Translations under genes and position numbers: made by a program
Notes under the pieces: generated by a model
The model's database searches: none
Told to the model about the DNA's origin: nothing
The model's input: the letters and a program-made list of their open reading frames with translations, nothing else
Shown: positions 46,475-59,289 of the stretch, in pieces
Numbering within the stretch: the stretch's first letter is position 1
Layout of the letters: each line of letters begins with the position of its first letter
NCBI GenBank assembly: GCA_973895155.1
Contig: OZ316899.1
Span: forward strand, 13,333,934 to 13,397,933
Source of the DNA: Marsupella aquatica
Taxonomy: Eukaryota > Plantae > Marchantiophyta
Direction: 5' to 3'
Length of the DNA: 64,000 nucleotides

Positions 46475-49139
46475 TATAATTTAGGTTGTCTTATGGGTCC
46501 ACTCCAAAAAAGGCTGACGTTATAAGATGTGTCTAGTCATGGGTACTAGGGATATCAGAACCGTCTGGAATGACATGGCGATTACAGTAAATCATGCGCC
46601 ACTGTCCAACATCCCAAGTGTCTTGGCCCCTCACCCCTCTCCTCAAGTGCCTGTCTACTGTTGGTCCTTCATCACGACACCATGCACGAGGGCATCTACG
46701 ACATTGGACAAAATCCCAAATGCCCTCCCGATACTCCTTACAGACCTCATAGTAAGGAGCTTTAAGTTGTTGTTGCTAAGTTGCATTCTTAGAGTTGCGG
46801 TCTGTGTTGATTTGCATTGCTGCGTCGTGGAGAATTGACTATGCAATCAACAACCAGATGTTGTTGTTGACAAATTTTGTGCAAGCCAGGTGATGGTGTT
46901 TGCTGCTATTTGGTGAAGGAAAATTAGTCAGGCGTATGACTCCTTGTGGTCTTGATTGAAGCGGTTCTGGTTGAGGAGCCAACAATTGAATGTGTTTAAA
47001 ATTTGTGTAGGATGCAATTTTGATTTGCCTCAAGTTCTATGCTGATGGATATTGTGTTTCTACTTAGAAAACAATGTTGAATGTTGGTGCATTGTATTGT
47101 TGGCAAATAGGGCATAGAGGTAATGACAAAATAGGGAATAGTACTTTGACCATAATTTCCCTCATATTTAGTGCATGGCTTGAGTGAGTATAGAGCTCAG
47201 TGCAACCCACAGTTTGTGAGATCTTAGCTAGAGTGGGAAGATAGCCCACGACCCACAGTTGGTGAGGTCTTTGTTTGAGTGAGTATAGAGCTCACAATCC
47301 ACAGTTATGAGGTCTTACTTTGATTGGGAAGAGATCCCACAACTCATTGTCAGCAAGGTCCTGGAAGGCGGATAGTGCTAGCAAAGCTAGAAGGACCAGA
47401 CAAAACCACCATTGGAGAAGAGGGACTTCAGCCGGTCAATGATGAATGACCCGTAGGAGTAAGTCCCAATATCAGGAATGCACCCAATATTGGGAATGTA
47501 AATACTATTGAGAAAGTACCCAATTTAGATATTAGGCCCAATATTTGCAACCAGACCAATATGAATAATCTGGCCGTTGGAAACAGTGACCTTGGTGGAG
47601 AAGCTGAAGAGACTAGTTAAGATTCAGTTATCCTAGGAGGCGTGTCCCAAATGTGACAACAACAACACCAAGTGGATGCTGACAATCTCAAGGATAAGGA
47701 GGCCACCAATGCCGAGCAAACAGGGGGTTATGATCTCCTGTCAAGAGTAGGGAAAGTGATCAATGAGTTATGCAACATGCAATGACTCTGAGGAATGCAG
47801 TTAGGATCCAGTTGCCACAGTTGATCCACCTCCTTCAAAGCTTTTCAATTGCTACAAACGAACTACTGTTCTGAAGCCAACCTGCCAATTTCAAGGCGGT
47901 CTATGTAATAGAAGAAAAGCGGCCAAAGTTCAAAAGCAACAACCGGGAAGGGAATACAATCTGACATTTCAATCTAATTGCTTCCGACATAGACACAAAA
48001 TCAAATGTTTGACAGTTTGACAAAAGCAAGATGCACATACATTCCACAACAAGGCTCGGATGAAAAATTTGGCGAGAATGAATGTTAGAGCAACAAGCAT
48101 TAAGGCAACAATGCTGGAGCACACTACAAAGCAAAGCATTCTAGCAGTGATTATGCATGCAGCAAAACAGCAACATGCAACTTCTTCACTGCCGCGGTAG
48201 AGACTACATAGACAGACAATCAGCGCATGCAAGAAAGAGAGAGGTCATTCCAGAATAGAAACAAAACAAAAGAGAATAGAGTCCAGTCTTGAGAGAGCTA
48301 AAATTACACTTTTGCGCTCCAAATTTGATTTTAATCAATTAATCATAATACAGAAAATTTTAATATTAAGTACATTTGAAATAAAATAGATAAGTCACAT
48401 GTACATGTATCATTTGGTCAAATACTCATGATTAAATTCAAAGTGAGATTAATCATCTCATTTATCATAGCATATATTCAAGGTTGGCTAGCCATAATCT
48501 CGATCCTACTTCAATGGTCAAGCTTATGTAAAGTCCAAAGTAGTTCTATCACCTGCCCAAATAGAATAAATGATTGCATGACTTCAATCTTGTGTCCTAC
48601 AATGTACAGAAACATAATGATTAATCATCTAAAAATTCTATGCCTCCATGAACATGTCTACATGACTTATTTAAACAAGTGAGTCGTTCTCCATTTGGGT
48701 TGTATAGTCTGTCACAAGTGCAAGTGTCTTTGGGATAACGGTTTTTAAACTTAGAGGTGAGCTCCCTAGTCTTTAGAACTTCCCAAACAAATTGGCGAGG
48801 ATTCTCTCTAAAGGGACCCGAATAAGACTCGCCCAAACAATTGTTGACCACACTTTTTATATCATCTTTGGTCAGGTTCTCAAATGTAGGGTAGGATTGT
48901 ACCATACCCCTCACGTCCCAACATATCTCATCTACAGTGACATCCAAGATGGTATAGTCAATCTTTGAATGCCAAATCTTACTTCCCCACCTATGGGAAA
49001 GTAAAGCATAGATTGCAACATTACTTTCACGGTCATCATTTATATGAAGAAATGGCCAAAGTGTTGAGAGGTGGAGATAATTCTTAGGAGAGAAAATGTC
49101 AAGTACACCAACAATCAAGGTTCATCCATTCATGGGGGG

Positions 49140-49253
49140 TTTACTAATACCTCCTTAGGTATACATATAGTGGTAGTTATAGTAACTACCTTAATTCCCT
49201 AACTAGGGTTGGATGTTGACCTAACCTATGGGTTATAGCACTCCCCCTTGGTT
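49140..49253 (-). mobile_element. Copia 3'-LTR/PPT remnant related to the Bianca-type element
   Basis: The minus strand reads AACCAAGGGGGAG|TG, identical to the 12968-12982 junction, and shares the GGTAGTT...AACTACC hairpin. Confidence 0.55.
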
Positions 49254-49299
49254 GTTAGAACACTTCCCCAATGCAATGAGCCCAAACTCATCCCATCCA

Positions 49300-50400
49300 G
49301 GTGGGTCTTTCTAGTTCAAGAGAGATGAGCCCAACCCGAGGCCCAAAATCTTGCACCCATGGCTTCCGTCCCCGCCCCAACCCTGCAACCAACTATTGGA
49401 GCCCCCCCTTCCGTGCCGGACACAACAGTCATTGCGATCTTGGATGCCCAAAACCAAGCCTGGGCAATCGTCGCGACCGACCTTGTTGAAGTTGACCCCA
49501 AGCTGGTAGCCCCAGTTGAGGAGGACACACCTGCATCCCCTGTGCCGGCACGAATGGAGCCCCCCTCCTCCGCACATCCAACTACCCCTATCCTCATCAA
49601 CCCCAAGTTGGATTTGTCTACCCCCAAACCCAACCATATAGAGGAGGGCCAGTGCCCAAGAGCAGGAGGCCACGACCTAATGAACCCACAATACTTTTCT
49701 CTAGGTACATTTCTGAATGGGTTGCTTGGCAACATCTCCGTCAAAATTGGTCAGGACGTGGGGGTGTTTATGGCCTAGAAGGTGGCATACTTCTTCAGCC
49801 AAGATTTGGTTGTGGTAGTAAGGGCAGGGCGAGCACAATCCAAGGCCACCAGGAGAATAGAGCAGTATCGGGGTGAGGCAACCCAGCTGTTAAATGAAGC
49901 CTTAGCCCAAGAGACCAAGCTTCAACTCCTCCGGCCCCAGCTTGCAATTGCTTTGGCCAAGATCACCGAAGCCAAAGCCAAGGCAACCTTGGCTGCACAA
50001 GCTGGAGCCGGAAAGGATGCCAAAATCTCACGGCTTTGGACCCAGATTGACAACTTGAAAGGACAAGCTGTCATCTGGCAGAAGGACCTGGAGGAAGCCA
50101 AGGCTTGGGCCCAGGGAGATGCGGTGGAGGTTGACGCCCTAAAGGTTGAGGTGGCACGGCTTCTACAAGAAACCACTAAAAAGGACCAACTGGTGGCTCA
50201 ACTGACGAGCGATGCCCAGTAGTTGAAAGAGGCGTGTCAGGATGCCGTGGAGGAGACAAACACAACAAAGTGAGAGAATGAGTCTCTCCTGGATCAAGTC
50301 CAACTACTCAAGCAAGACGTAGACCATCTGAGGAGATAATGGGATGGTCGTTCCAGGTCCAACTTGGATGGGTCTGGCAAGCGTGCCAGACATTAGCGGT
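49300..50400 (+). repeat. Decayed Pro-rich plus coiled-coil ORF, probably a gypsy extra ORF
   Basis: ORFs 49359..49778 and 49782..50222 are in one frame, separated by a stop. No catalytic motifs. Confidence 0.35.
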
Positions 50401-51765
50401 GGACCCGATTGTAGAATAGAGTTAGGATTAGACAGGGAGGTCAGACACTAGGGACAAGCGCCAAAACTAGTTAGCGGTGTTGTCCTATCTGACGGACCCC
50501 TTTAGCATAGAATCTTAGAATAAGACACGCTGCTTTTTGGCCTGACAATTAGAGGAATTTAGGGTAGATTAGATTCAAGCATCATGGCCATTCCCAGTCG
50601 CAGTCCTTAGTCAGTATTTAGTGCACCCCCCCCCCCGATAGAGGCAGGGGGATTTTTGGTTCAAAAATGGGTATCCGTAGGATGTGCGGGGAGTCCCGGC
50701 CTTTGTGAATAGAGAGAGCACCAAGGGGTGAGTGTATGACTAATCTCATCGGGCGAGTGTGGAGCCGGGCTCCGTTATAGTGTACAGCTCACCGCCGTTG
50801 GGCCCGCTGATTCAAAAGAAGTTGAGTCAACCGCGTGTATGTGGATAATGGATTTTTGAAGTAAAGTCTTTGCCCCATCATTTCCTTTGTGCAAATCGGG
50901 ATTGTATGTTGTGAAGTCCGGTCACAGTCATCAATCTTGTATATGGGCAGAAAACACTTGGTCAAACGCATTATGCAAGTTGTGCACGGGGTCTTGGCTG
51001 CAGATAGTGGTTGCCAACCTGGGTTGGACACCCGTATCATTGGATCCAAATTGGAGGCGGACAGCACGAAGGCTTAGAAGTCCTTAAGTTGAGATCAATT
51101 TAGCTATCGACTTAAGGTATGTTCCTGTGGCAAAACACAAAGTATACCTATGGTGTGCCTAAGTGTAGAGTTGGGCACAGTTAACCCCAAGTTACAAGAA
51201 TAAAGTACCGTTTGCACATCTCTCCTTGCCCAAACCCTCAATATATACTAACAAAGTTTATGGTGGATTGCATGATTGAGGACTACCAACGGAGGCAAAA
51301 ATATCTCCACTCCTTTTAAATGTCCTTGCATTGCCAACGGCCAAGATTAGGCTGATCTAAAGCAAAAAGTACTTTTACAAATCAAATACATATGAGGCGC
51401 ATTCATTACTGTGTTGAGCTCCTGAGGGAACTCCTTTCTTGTCTCAACATGTATTTTATGGTTGGACAACTGGTTTTATGGGAGAGTGTCGGCGCTATTT
51501 GTTCCCTTAGGACTTTTTGAAAACAAGGAGTTAGACTCCTTTGGACTTAGGTGTGAGACAGAGTAGTAGCAAATAGAAGTACTTGGGCGCTTTTGGTGTT
51601 CAAGATTCTTGTCTTTCCACTTGCAACTCGTCGAGAAAGTATCAAAGCTGAGCCTTGTGGGGTGCAAATGGGTAGTGAAGTCCTCTAGAATTGTTGCATT
51701 CACATCTAGCTACATGGGTTGAATTGATTCAAAGAGTAGTCGTGCGGTGTGAGCCCAGATGCAAA

Positions 51766-52072
51766 GGCCAATCAAGCATGAAAAGGGACATTGATGAATG
51801 CAAAAAGAAAGGCCTTGATTGAGCTGCAGATTTAATTTAGGGTCTAGAGCCCTCTCTTGGCAAATGACATTCAAATCCAGACAGGAGTGGCGGGAACATG
51901 CAAAGAAAGGAGGGCCAATCAAGCGCAAAAAGGGACATTGAGGAACGCAAAAAGAAAGGCCTTGATCAAGCTGCAGATTTAATTTAGGGTCTAGAGCCCT
52001 CTCTTGGCGAATGACATTCAAATCTAGACAGGAGCGGCGGGAACAAGCAAAGAAAGGAGGACCAATCAAGCT
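51766..52072. repeat. ~147-bp tandem duplication
   Basis: GGCCAATCAAGC...GCAAAGAAAGGAG units start at 51766 and 51913. Confidence 0.9.
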
Positions 52073-52589
52073 GCAAATTTGATTACGCTGTGAGCTTGTA
52101 GGTTTGTCGATGACATTTGATTCCGGAAGGGAACATTGGAAAAGAGCACAGAGAGCATAGTTGAGCAGTCACTCAATCACTAGGTGCCACTTTAAATCTT
52201 TCTTTGCTTTTGTTTGGAAATAGGATCTAAAGTTGCATTGGAATTGACAGAATTGAAATAGTTTAAATGCAAGTTTGCTTTTGTTTTTCAAGAGAACAAA
52301 ACAGATCTAGGTTGTGTTGGCCTCGGGAAGGGTAGCAGGAGAGATTAAATGCGTTCAGATTTTGTGAGGTATTCATTATAAATTGAAATGCATGGTATGT
52401 ACTAGGTGACAAGGAAGTTCAATGCTAGGCTATCAAAGTGGGACTGTCAAAGCGGGACTTTTGTGATTGTTTCAAGCCATTGATTGTGCCGATGTTGAGT
52501 CACGCATGTTAATTTGCATTGCGCTCCTTGACATGCGAGCAAAGAGTGGGAGCATGGGCCGTGTAGAGCTTCTCAATCCCTTCTTTATG

Positions 52590-55500
52590 TTACATGAGTA
52601 GGCCAAAATGGTCACAATTAATCAGGTATCTGATGCCCAAGCAAGAGAGAAGCTGGAGAAGCAAAGATTGGCAAACCGCAAATCCAAGTTGAAAAAACAA
52701 GAGCAGATAGCAAGTGGTTAGCAAGGAGGTGGTCACCAACCATCTATCTTTGATGAAATGATTCTTGAAGCACAAAAGCAATGCGATCTCATGATGGAGA
52801 GTGCAAAGCAACAATGCCAAGATTTAGTAATTGATGGCAACCAAAGGCAAAGAGAGATATTGGCTGCTGGGCAATTAGAGGCGATCAGAATTAGTAATGA
52901 GGCTCATGAAGCTGCCATTGTGGTCTTGCGTACAGCCCAAGAAGAAAGTGAAATTCTAATGGAGACTGCACATTCATGCCTTGCCGAGCTTTTGGAATCT
53001 AGGTAGGGGTCCCTAAGTGCAAGCATTCTAGAACAGGATGCCCACATTCAAATGGTAGAATAGAGCACCCAAACTGATTGCAAACAAGCGCAGGCAGCCC
53101 ACATTGGTCCACTTAATGAAGGTGAGCAAGGTCACAACTCTGGTTGTGATCACCAAGTGCAGCAAGCTGCCATGCTTGAGAAGAGAAGGAAGGATGCAGG
53201 CAGGCAGGAAGAGAATTGAATATGAAAGGAAGAAGCGCCCTGCTGCTGATACTGTGAAACTCCCAATCAAAAGCGTAGGTGTATTACAACAGTCTCATCA
53301 GATATAGTTAGGTACATTCTGGAGAAGACTGCTACATTCAATCTAGGTGCAAGGAGGGCAGTACTATCTGGGGTCTGGTTACACAAATATTTGAAGAACT
53401 ACCAGCCAACACGACTAGGTTCACCTAAAGTAGATGGGGCTGTAGCTGCTACATTGATTGATGTGAGAAAAACCTTGAGCATAGTGAAGCCAAGGAAGTG
53501 CAAAGACCACCTCGCTGCAAAGTACCAAGTTTTGTCAACACTTGTAGGAAAGACATGTGTAAATAAAAGGCAGCAGACCTCTCTAGCGAAAGCTTTGGGT
53601 ATACAACGGCAAAATCTTCATAGAGCATCTAAGATGAGGATACAGATTGATGCAGACAGTACAAAAATGTATCCTGTGGGGGAAAGAAAGGTACGTCGAG
53701 ACAAGATTTCTGATGAAGTTTGAATCCAGGTGGAACACTTTTGGCAAACTCACTAGGGCTTATCCATGTAAGAATAATGAAGCCAGATTCTGACTAGGAC
53801 GGAAAATGGTTCAAACACATCAAGTGCACTGGCTGGAGGATACACAGGTGAGAAACTCTGTGATTGATGTAACTGTTATGTCCATTTTGCCAGATTTGAT
53901 TGAACTCTTATCTCCACTCCTTGATGAGTAGTTTTCCTTGTTAGTCAGCCATTGTGATCGCTACAAGTACCCAGTGTGTTGTAAAGGTAAGATTTGAATA
54001 AATTTTGTGGACTGATGTCTTGTATATAGTCCTTTAGGAAGAAGTTTGGTCTTTGACAAAGGCGTAAACTCCTTTAGGAGGGACTATGTACAGGACTAGG
54101 GACTTTAGTCCTTTGTCAAAGTCTTTCCTTATGGTCCTTTGACAAAGGACTAAAGACTGTTAGTAGTCCCTAGTCAAGGACTATTAACAGTCCTTAATGA
54201 AGGACTATGGTCAGGACTGTAGTCTTTCCCCAAGGACCTTAATAGTCCTTCCAAAGGACTGTATAAAAGGACTATACTCCTTTTCCAAAGGACTCTACTC
54301 TTTTTCCGAGGACTATAGTCCTTTCTCAAGGACTTTACTCCTTTTCCCAGGACTGTACTCCTTTTCCGAGGACTATAGTCCTTTCTCAAGGACTTTACTC
54401 CTTTTCCCAGGACTGTACTCCTTTTCCCAGGACTGTACTCCTTTTCCGAGAACTATAGTCCTTTCTCAAGGACTTTACTCCTTTCCAAGGACTCTACTCC
54501 TTTTCCAAGGACTATAGTCCTTTCTCAAGGACTCTACTCCTTTCTCAAGGACTCTACTCCTTTTCCAAGGACTCTAATCTTTTCTGAAGGACATTACTCC
54601 GTTTTCAAGGACTCTACTCCTTTTCCGAGGACTATAGTCCTTTAAGTCAAGTGCATTGAGTACTTGAGTCCTTCCAGATTGATTCTACTCCTTCCCTAAG
54701 AACTTTAGTCCTTCACCTCTCCTGGTAGAGTCTTCCAATAAGAGCTTGGACCCTTACTGAAGGACTGTAGTTGCAGGCAGAACTGAAGTCCTTCGGGAAG
54801 TAGTAGTACCCACATACATGGGTTTTTGTGGCTGCATATTTGAGGGTATCCGTTCCTAACAGTCTTTCTAACAAAAATAATGTATGTCTTGTATATGTGC
54901 AATTCCAATTTTTTCAGCATTTCGTGACTGGTCCACAAGGGAGCAGAATGGGGTGTCTATAGGGATGTGGTCATTTATATACTTCAAGCCATATTATGTT
55001 CATAAGATGAAAGACAGAAATGTTTGTTGCTGCAAACAACATGTGGAGATGGACTTACTCACAGAGGCAATTAACAAATTCAGGCGGCACCAGCACAATA
55101 AGGACTGTCCTTGTGAATGTGATACCTGTAGACCCTTGGGTGTTGTACCCATCTCTTCTTGTATGGCATCTACAAAGTTTGGTGCACGGATGAAATGGTT
55201 CTTCCATACCTCTGGCCATGGGAAGGGTGTTGCTGTAAGTATCTATAGGGAACATTCTCTACACCCAATTCTATGCATGCCTTAGTTTCTAATGAGTGAC
55301 GTATCTACTGGAATTGGATGACCAAACTTGCAGTCTACGTAAGAAACTTTCTAATCTGTGTTCCTTGTATGCTTTAATAGGATGCTCTTGGCAGCCACAT
55401 TAAGACCGGGCTTGCAACTGAGCAACTAAAAGGCATGAATGGTCATTGTCTAGAGGGTGGATCAGATGTGGTAAAGTTTTGCAAGGACAAGTTTGCCCTT

Positions 55501-56228
55501 GGTCAATTGCAGGAGTATGGTGATGTGCAGCTTGTTCGACGTATATTTTGGGAAATTCCTGTTGGCACTGTAAATAGAAGGAAGAAGTGGGATTGTGATC
55601 CAATCAAGGATTGTAGATCTTTGCACTGCTTTGATGGATTTAGTAAGAGTTTGTCAACACTGTTGCAAGTTTGGGCTCAGTTGTTTTTGTGTAGCTTGTG
55701 TTGATGAAGATCCAATGAATTGTGAGAACAAGGAATGGGTAGGCAAGTATCGCCTGGAGATGGTCAAAGGGGTACTGTAGGCAGATGTCAGAGCTGATGT
55801 GGAGAACATGGGAGAGGGCAAAGGACTGCTTGACAACGTCTCTCTACCAGAATGTGTCCAATTGGGAGATTTCTATGCATGCTGTGCAAGTCAACCAAAT
55901 GAAGATAATGTAGATTTCTACATTTATCAGTGTGAAGAGGTGCTCCACACAATCACAAAGAGTTTCACTGATGGGTACAAGGTACAATTCAAGGCAAGGG
56001 ACATGGCCTTTAAAGGGAAGGTGGTTCCAACCATATCCAGGATCAGAAAAAAAGTTTGTCTTCAATTATGCTTCTCCTTTCAGCTACTGCCATTTAGGGG
56101 AAGTAATTCACATTCGATTTGGTTTGACACCATGTGAGGTGCCCAAGGGAGGCAAGGGACAAGGTGCTAGATTTTACACACAAGATTCAGACACTTTCGA
56201 AGCAATTTATGAATCGCTGCAGGTATAG
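52590..56228 (+). pseudogene. Degenerate Sola2-like DNA transposase
   Basis: FKPYYV..DRNVCCCKQH, FFHTSGHGKG..DALG and LSCFCVAC motifs recall Sola2-type transposases. Many stops and deletions. Confidence 0.6.
54027..54795. repeat. AGGACT/AGTCCT-rich ~20-bp repeat array (AAGGACTCTACTCCTTTTCC)
   Basis: Read directly; it interrupts the Sola2-like gene. Confidence 0.85.
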
Positions 56229-56941
56229 CTTTTGTAAAACTAATGGATCATGTTGTACATGACAACATACAGAAGTTCATTGTAGTAGGGTAGGCTAGTT
56301 ATTTAGCATTTCATGAGGCTCCTAGACAATGAGATTGTAAAGGAGTTCCTAAATTTAATGTAAGGCTATCAGTTCTTTTCCACCTTTATTTCATTTGAGG
56401 ATCAATAGTATGTTGTTAACATGTGTTGGTGGCAACTTGTCGGACAATTGGAACCAGTAAGCTTGTCCAGTGCATTGGAATGTTCATTTTTTGTTTGCAC
56501 CCAACTACCCCTGCAGAAACTTCAAAATTCACCAAACTGTGTGTTATCTAGTTCAACCATTGCCTTAATTTTTCCCAAGTGGAATATAACCTCTTGGAGC
56601 TCTTTTCTACTATTTTGTCGTGCCAAAATTGGTTGTGTAAAGCAGAGTGGTCCATAAAGAACAACAACAAAACCCTTCCAACTTTGATTAGAGGACAACA
56701 TCAGTACAAAATTCACCTGAGAATGTGATGGGCCAAGACGGTAGCAGCATGCGGAATAGCTGCTTTTATTAGAGGATGAGAGGACTAAATTAACCTGAGG
56801 CATTCACACAGCTCAAATTTCCCTCGTACTAAGGGTAATTGTGGCTAATGATCTTGTTACTGATCATATTCAGTTGGCACAAGTTGACAACAACTAAATG
56901 TGGCTTTGTAATCAATGGCGCTTGAGCTCCACATTGAGCTA

Positions 56942-58260
56942 CACTCTTTACAATATTTAGTGTCACAAAATAATTAGTGTCACTAACAATTAGTGTCACA
57001 CACACTAATTAGGGGTAGCTCTTGATTTTCAGCCAAGTGACACTATTTACAGTCACCCTTAATTTTGAAAAATAAATTGATATATTGAAAAATATTGATA
57101 ATTAGAGGTGACAATGTTATTACCCTAAACTGCTCTAACTCCAAAGTTATCAGTTACCAACGACATCTCTTTGTGTGTATGTTCTTCAAAAGTTTCTTTG
57201 TGTTTTATCTTGTCAGTCTTTGTGAAACGAGGTTGATAGATTTATAACATGGTGGGAATGGATTGGCCGACATAGTTGGATTTGCTAGCACAAGGGAAAG
57301 AGAATCAAGACTATGTCAAAATGTCACTGGTAATTAGTCTGCAACTCGTTTGGGTTATCCTTGCTGCATTTCAAAAATGATAAATGGAGACTTAAAAAAT
57401 GTGGGGAGTGGGACACGGGGCACATTTGGGAAATTTGATAAATTTAGGCAAACATGAAGGCAAACATTGATTTTTGACATTGACAAGGGACTTTGTAGCT
57501 GAGGTGAACAGTTCTGTTGATAGACATTACATGTCTTATGCACAAAATTCAATGATAAACACCGGTTTGTCTCTAAATGTCAATGGTTTATAGTCTAAAA
57601 ATCAACTTACACCGTCCTGAGCTTCAAAATATCATAGCAAAGTATCGAGTGAAGTTTTAAAGGAGTCAAGTTGGCCTTGACATTGATGCTACTGTTGAAG
57701 TGGCTCCTGATATTGGTGAACCAGATGAAGAGCCAGCTCAACCCTCTTCTCTTGGGGCTATACGCCGTCTTGCAAGGATGAGACACAAGGGACAGATTGT
57801 AGGAGAGTGAAAAGAATGTTAGTTTGTAGCTTATGTGAGACAACATCTACTACTCATAGTTGATTGAAGTGAATCAAACAGATCTTGTTTGCTCAATGTG
57901 GTTACAAGAGTACCCGAAACTGCAAATGTGAGGAGGAGTTGTAAATTTCTGAAGTTTGCTCAATATTTGAGTAGGATATGGAAGGAGTTATAAGTTTCTG
58001 AAGTTTTCTCAATGCTTGAATGAGTAGTAAGTTTTGTAAATTGTAATCAAATATTGTGCACACTTTTAGCTTTTTTTATAAGCAAATTTTAACTATTGTC
58101 CATTCTTTGTTTTTAACTTTAAGTATGTGTGACACTATTTGACTTGTGACCACAATTAGTGTCATACTATATTAGTGTCACACACCTTAATTACTGTCAC
58201 TTACTTCAAATATAACCTCACACTAATTAGAGTGTGTGAGACTAAATAGTGTAAAGAGTG
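56942..58260. mobile_element. Non-autonomous TIR element (MITE), 1319 bp, TA TSD
   Basis: TIR CACTCTTTACA-ATATTTAGTGTCACA vs reverse complement CACTCTTTACA-CTATTTAGTCTCACA. Flanked by TA on both sides, with subterminal TAGTGTCAC repeats. Confidence 0.88.
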
Positions 58261-58617
58261 TAGTTACCTTCTGATTTTTCAATATTACGTGACATCAAGC
58301 TCAGTTTCAGTCGTTGCCATACAAAATGATAGAAGATCACCGATTACAATTTAACCATACAACTCTTTGAATGAGAGGAACAAACTTCCAATCACCACTA
58401 GGGCTGACAATCGTTGTTGCATTATGCAAGACACGTGAGCTCACACATTGACCAATAGACAAAGGAGAGATTGAATTGTGGAGTATACAAAGTGACAAAA
58501 GATAAGGTGCATAAAATGCTCATCCCGTTACAATCAAAACTAGGCTTTGAAGGCCTCAATCCAAAACAAAGTATCATTGAACCAACCATCCTCAAACCCC
58601 TTGCTTGTAGAGGCTGC

Positions 58618-59204
58618 CTACTTTCTGATGTTAAAAGATACGAACAAATCCACTATATCTGACCCTAGGTCAACAACAACATTCTTTAGCCTGCTAAGGC
58701 CACCTAGCGCCACAGGTGACTTGTCTACTGGATCCTTGACTTTGCTTTCTTCAAAGTACAAAGCTCGAGACAGATCAGCTTCCCTGTCACCCTTGACATA
58801 CCTGATTATCCAAGTCCCAGCCAAAACCTGATCCCTAATCTGGTCTCTCCTATCAATGTCTGAATCCCTGTACTCCTGGCCCGTGATCCCCATCAATTGC
58901 TGACCATTAGCTTCATTCACTTGAAGCACAATGTTGCCAACCTGCACAGCAAAACAGTACATGTAAGTTGCTTCCCCATCCCTTGTACAGGTGTGTTGAG
59001 TCTCCTGCGAGATCGAGGACCCAATGGTGACTCAGGATTCTGCATTCTCAACCTGTGTTTGTACTTCCCCAAAGTGCAGGGACAACCATCACTCAAAACT
59101 CCCCCACAGCCTTCACAAGTAAAGCCTCCAGCACATAGACCCCATATCCCATTAATCCTGACTTCATGAAGAGTATCATACAGGCTAAGCTTCTCCATCT
59201 GCAA
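58618..59204 (-). pseudogene. RPA1 C-terminal-like OB-fold with zinc ribbon (relic)
   Basis: CEGC..CPC..KYKHRLRMQ, then after a splice acceptor VGNIVLQV..GQQLMGITGQEY; the spacing resembles RPA70 DBD-C. Confidence 0.45.
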
Positions 59205-59289
59205 AACTCAAGCACCTCATTCTCAGAAGCAAGAATTCAGAAGTGTCCGCAGAAGTTCCAGTTACAAGAAACCAGTTACAAGAGCCCCA

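Larger units (their letters stand above)
15178..46524 (-). mobile_element. P-element-like DNA transposon (outer element hosting the gypsy and CACTA insertions); ends tentative
   Basis: The transposase reading frame rejoins exactly when both inserts and their TSDs are removed. Weak imperfect terminal IRs (CATCACGT...GGACCC vs TATAACGT...GGACCC); no TSD seen. Confidence 0.5.

Noticed and set aside
48621-49118. 165-aa ORF fragment
   Set aside because: No recognisable motif; cannot assign a product.
54174-54517. ORFs over the AGGACT array (also 59166..59834)
   Set aside because: They are translations of tandem repeats with periodic peptides and no domain.
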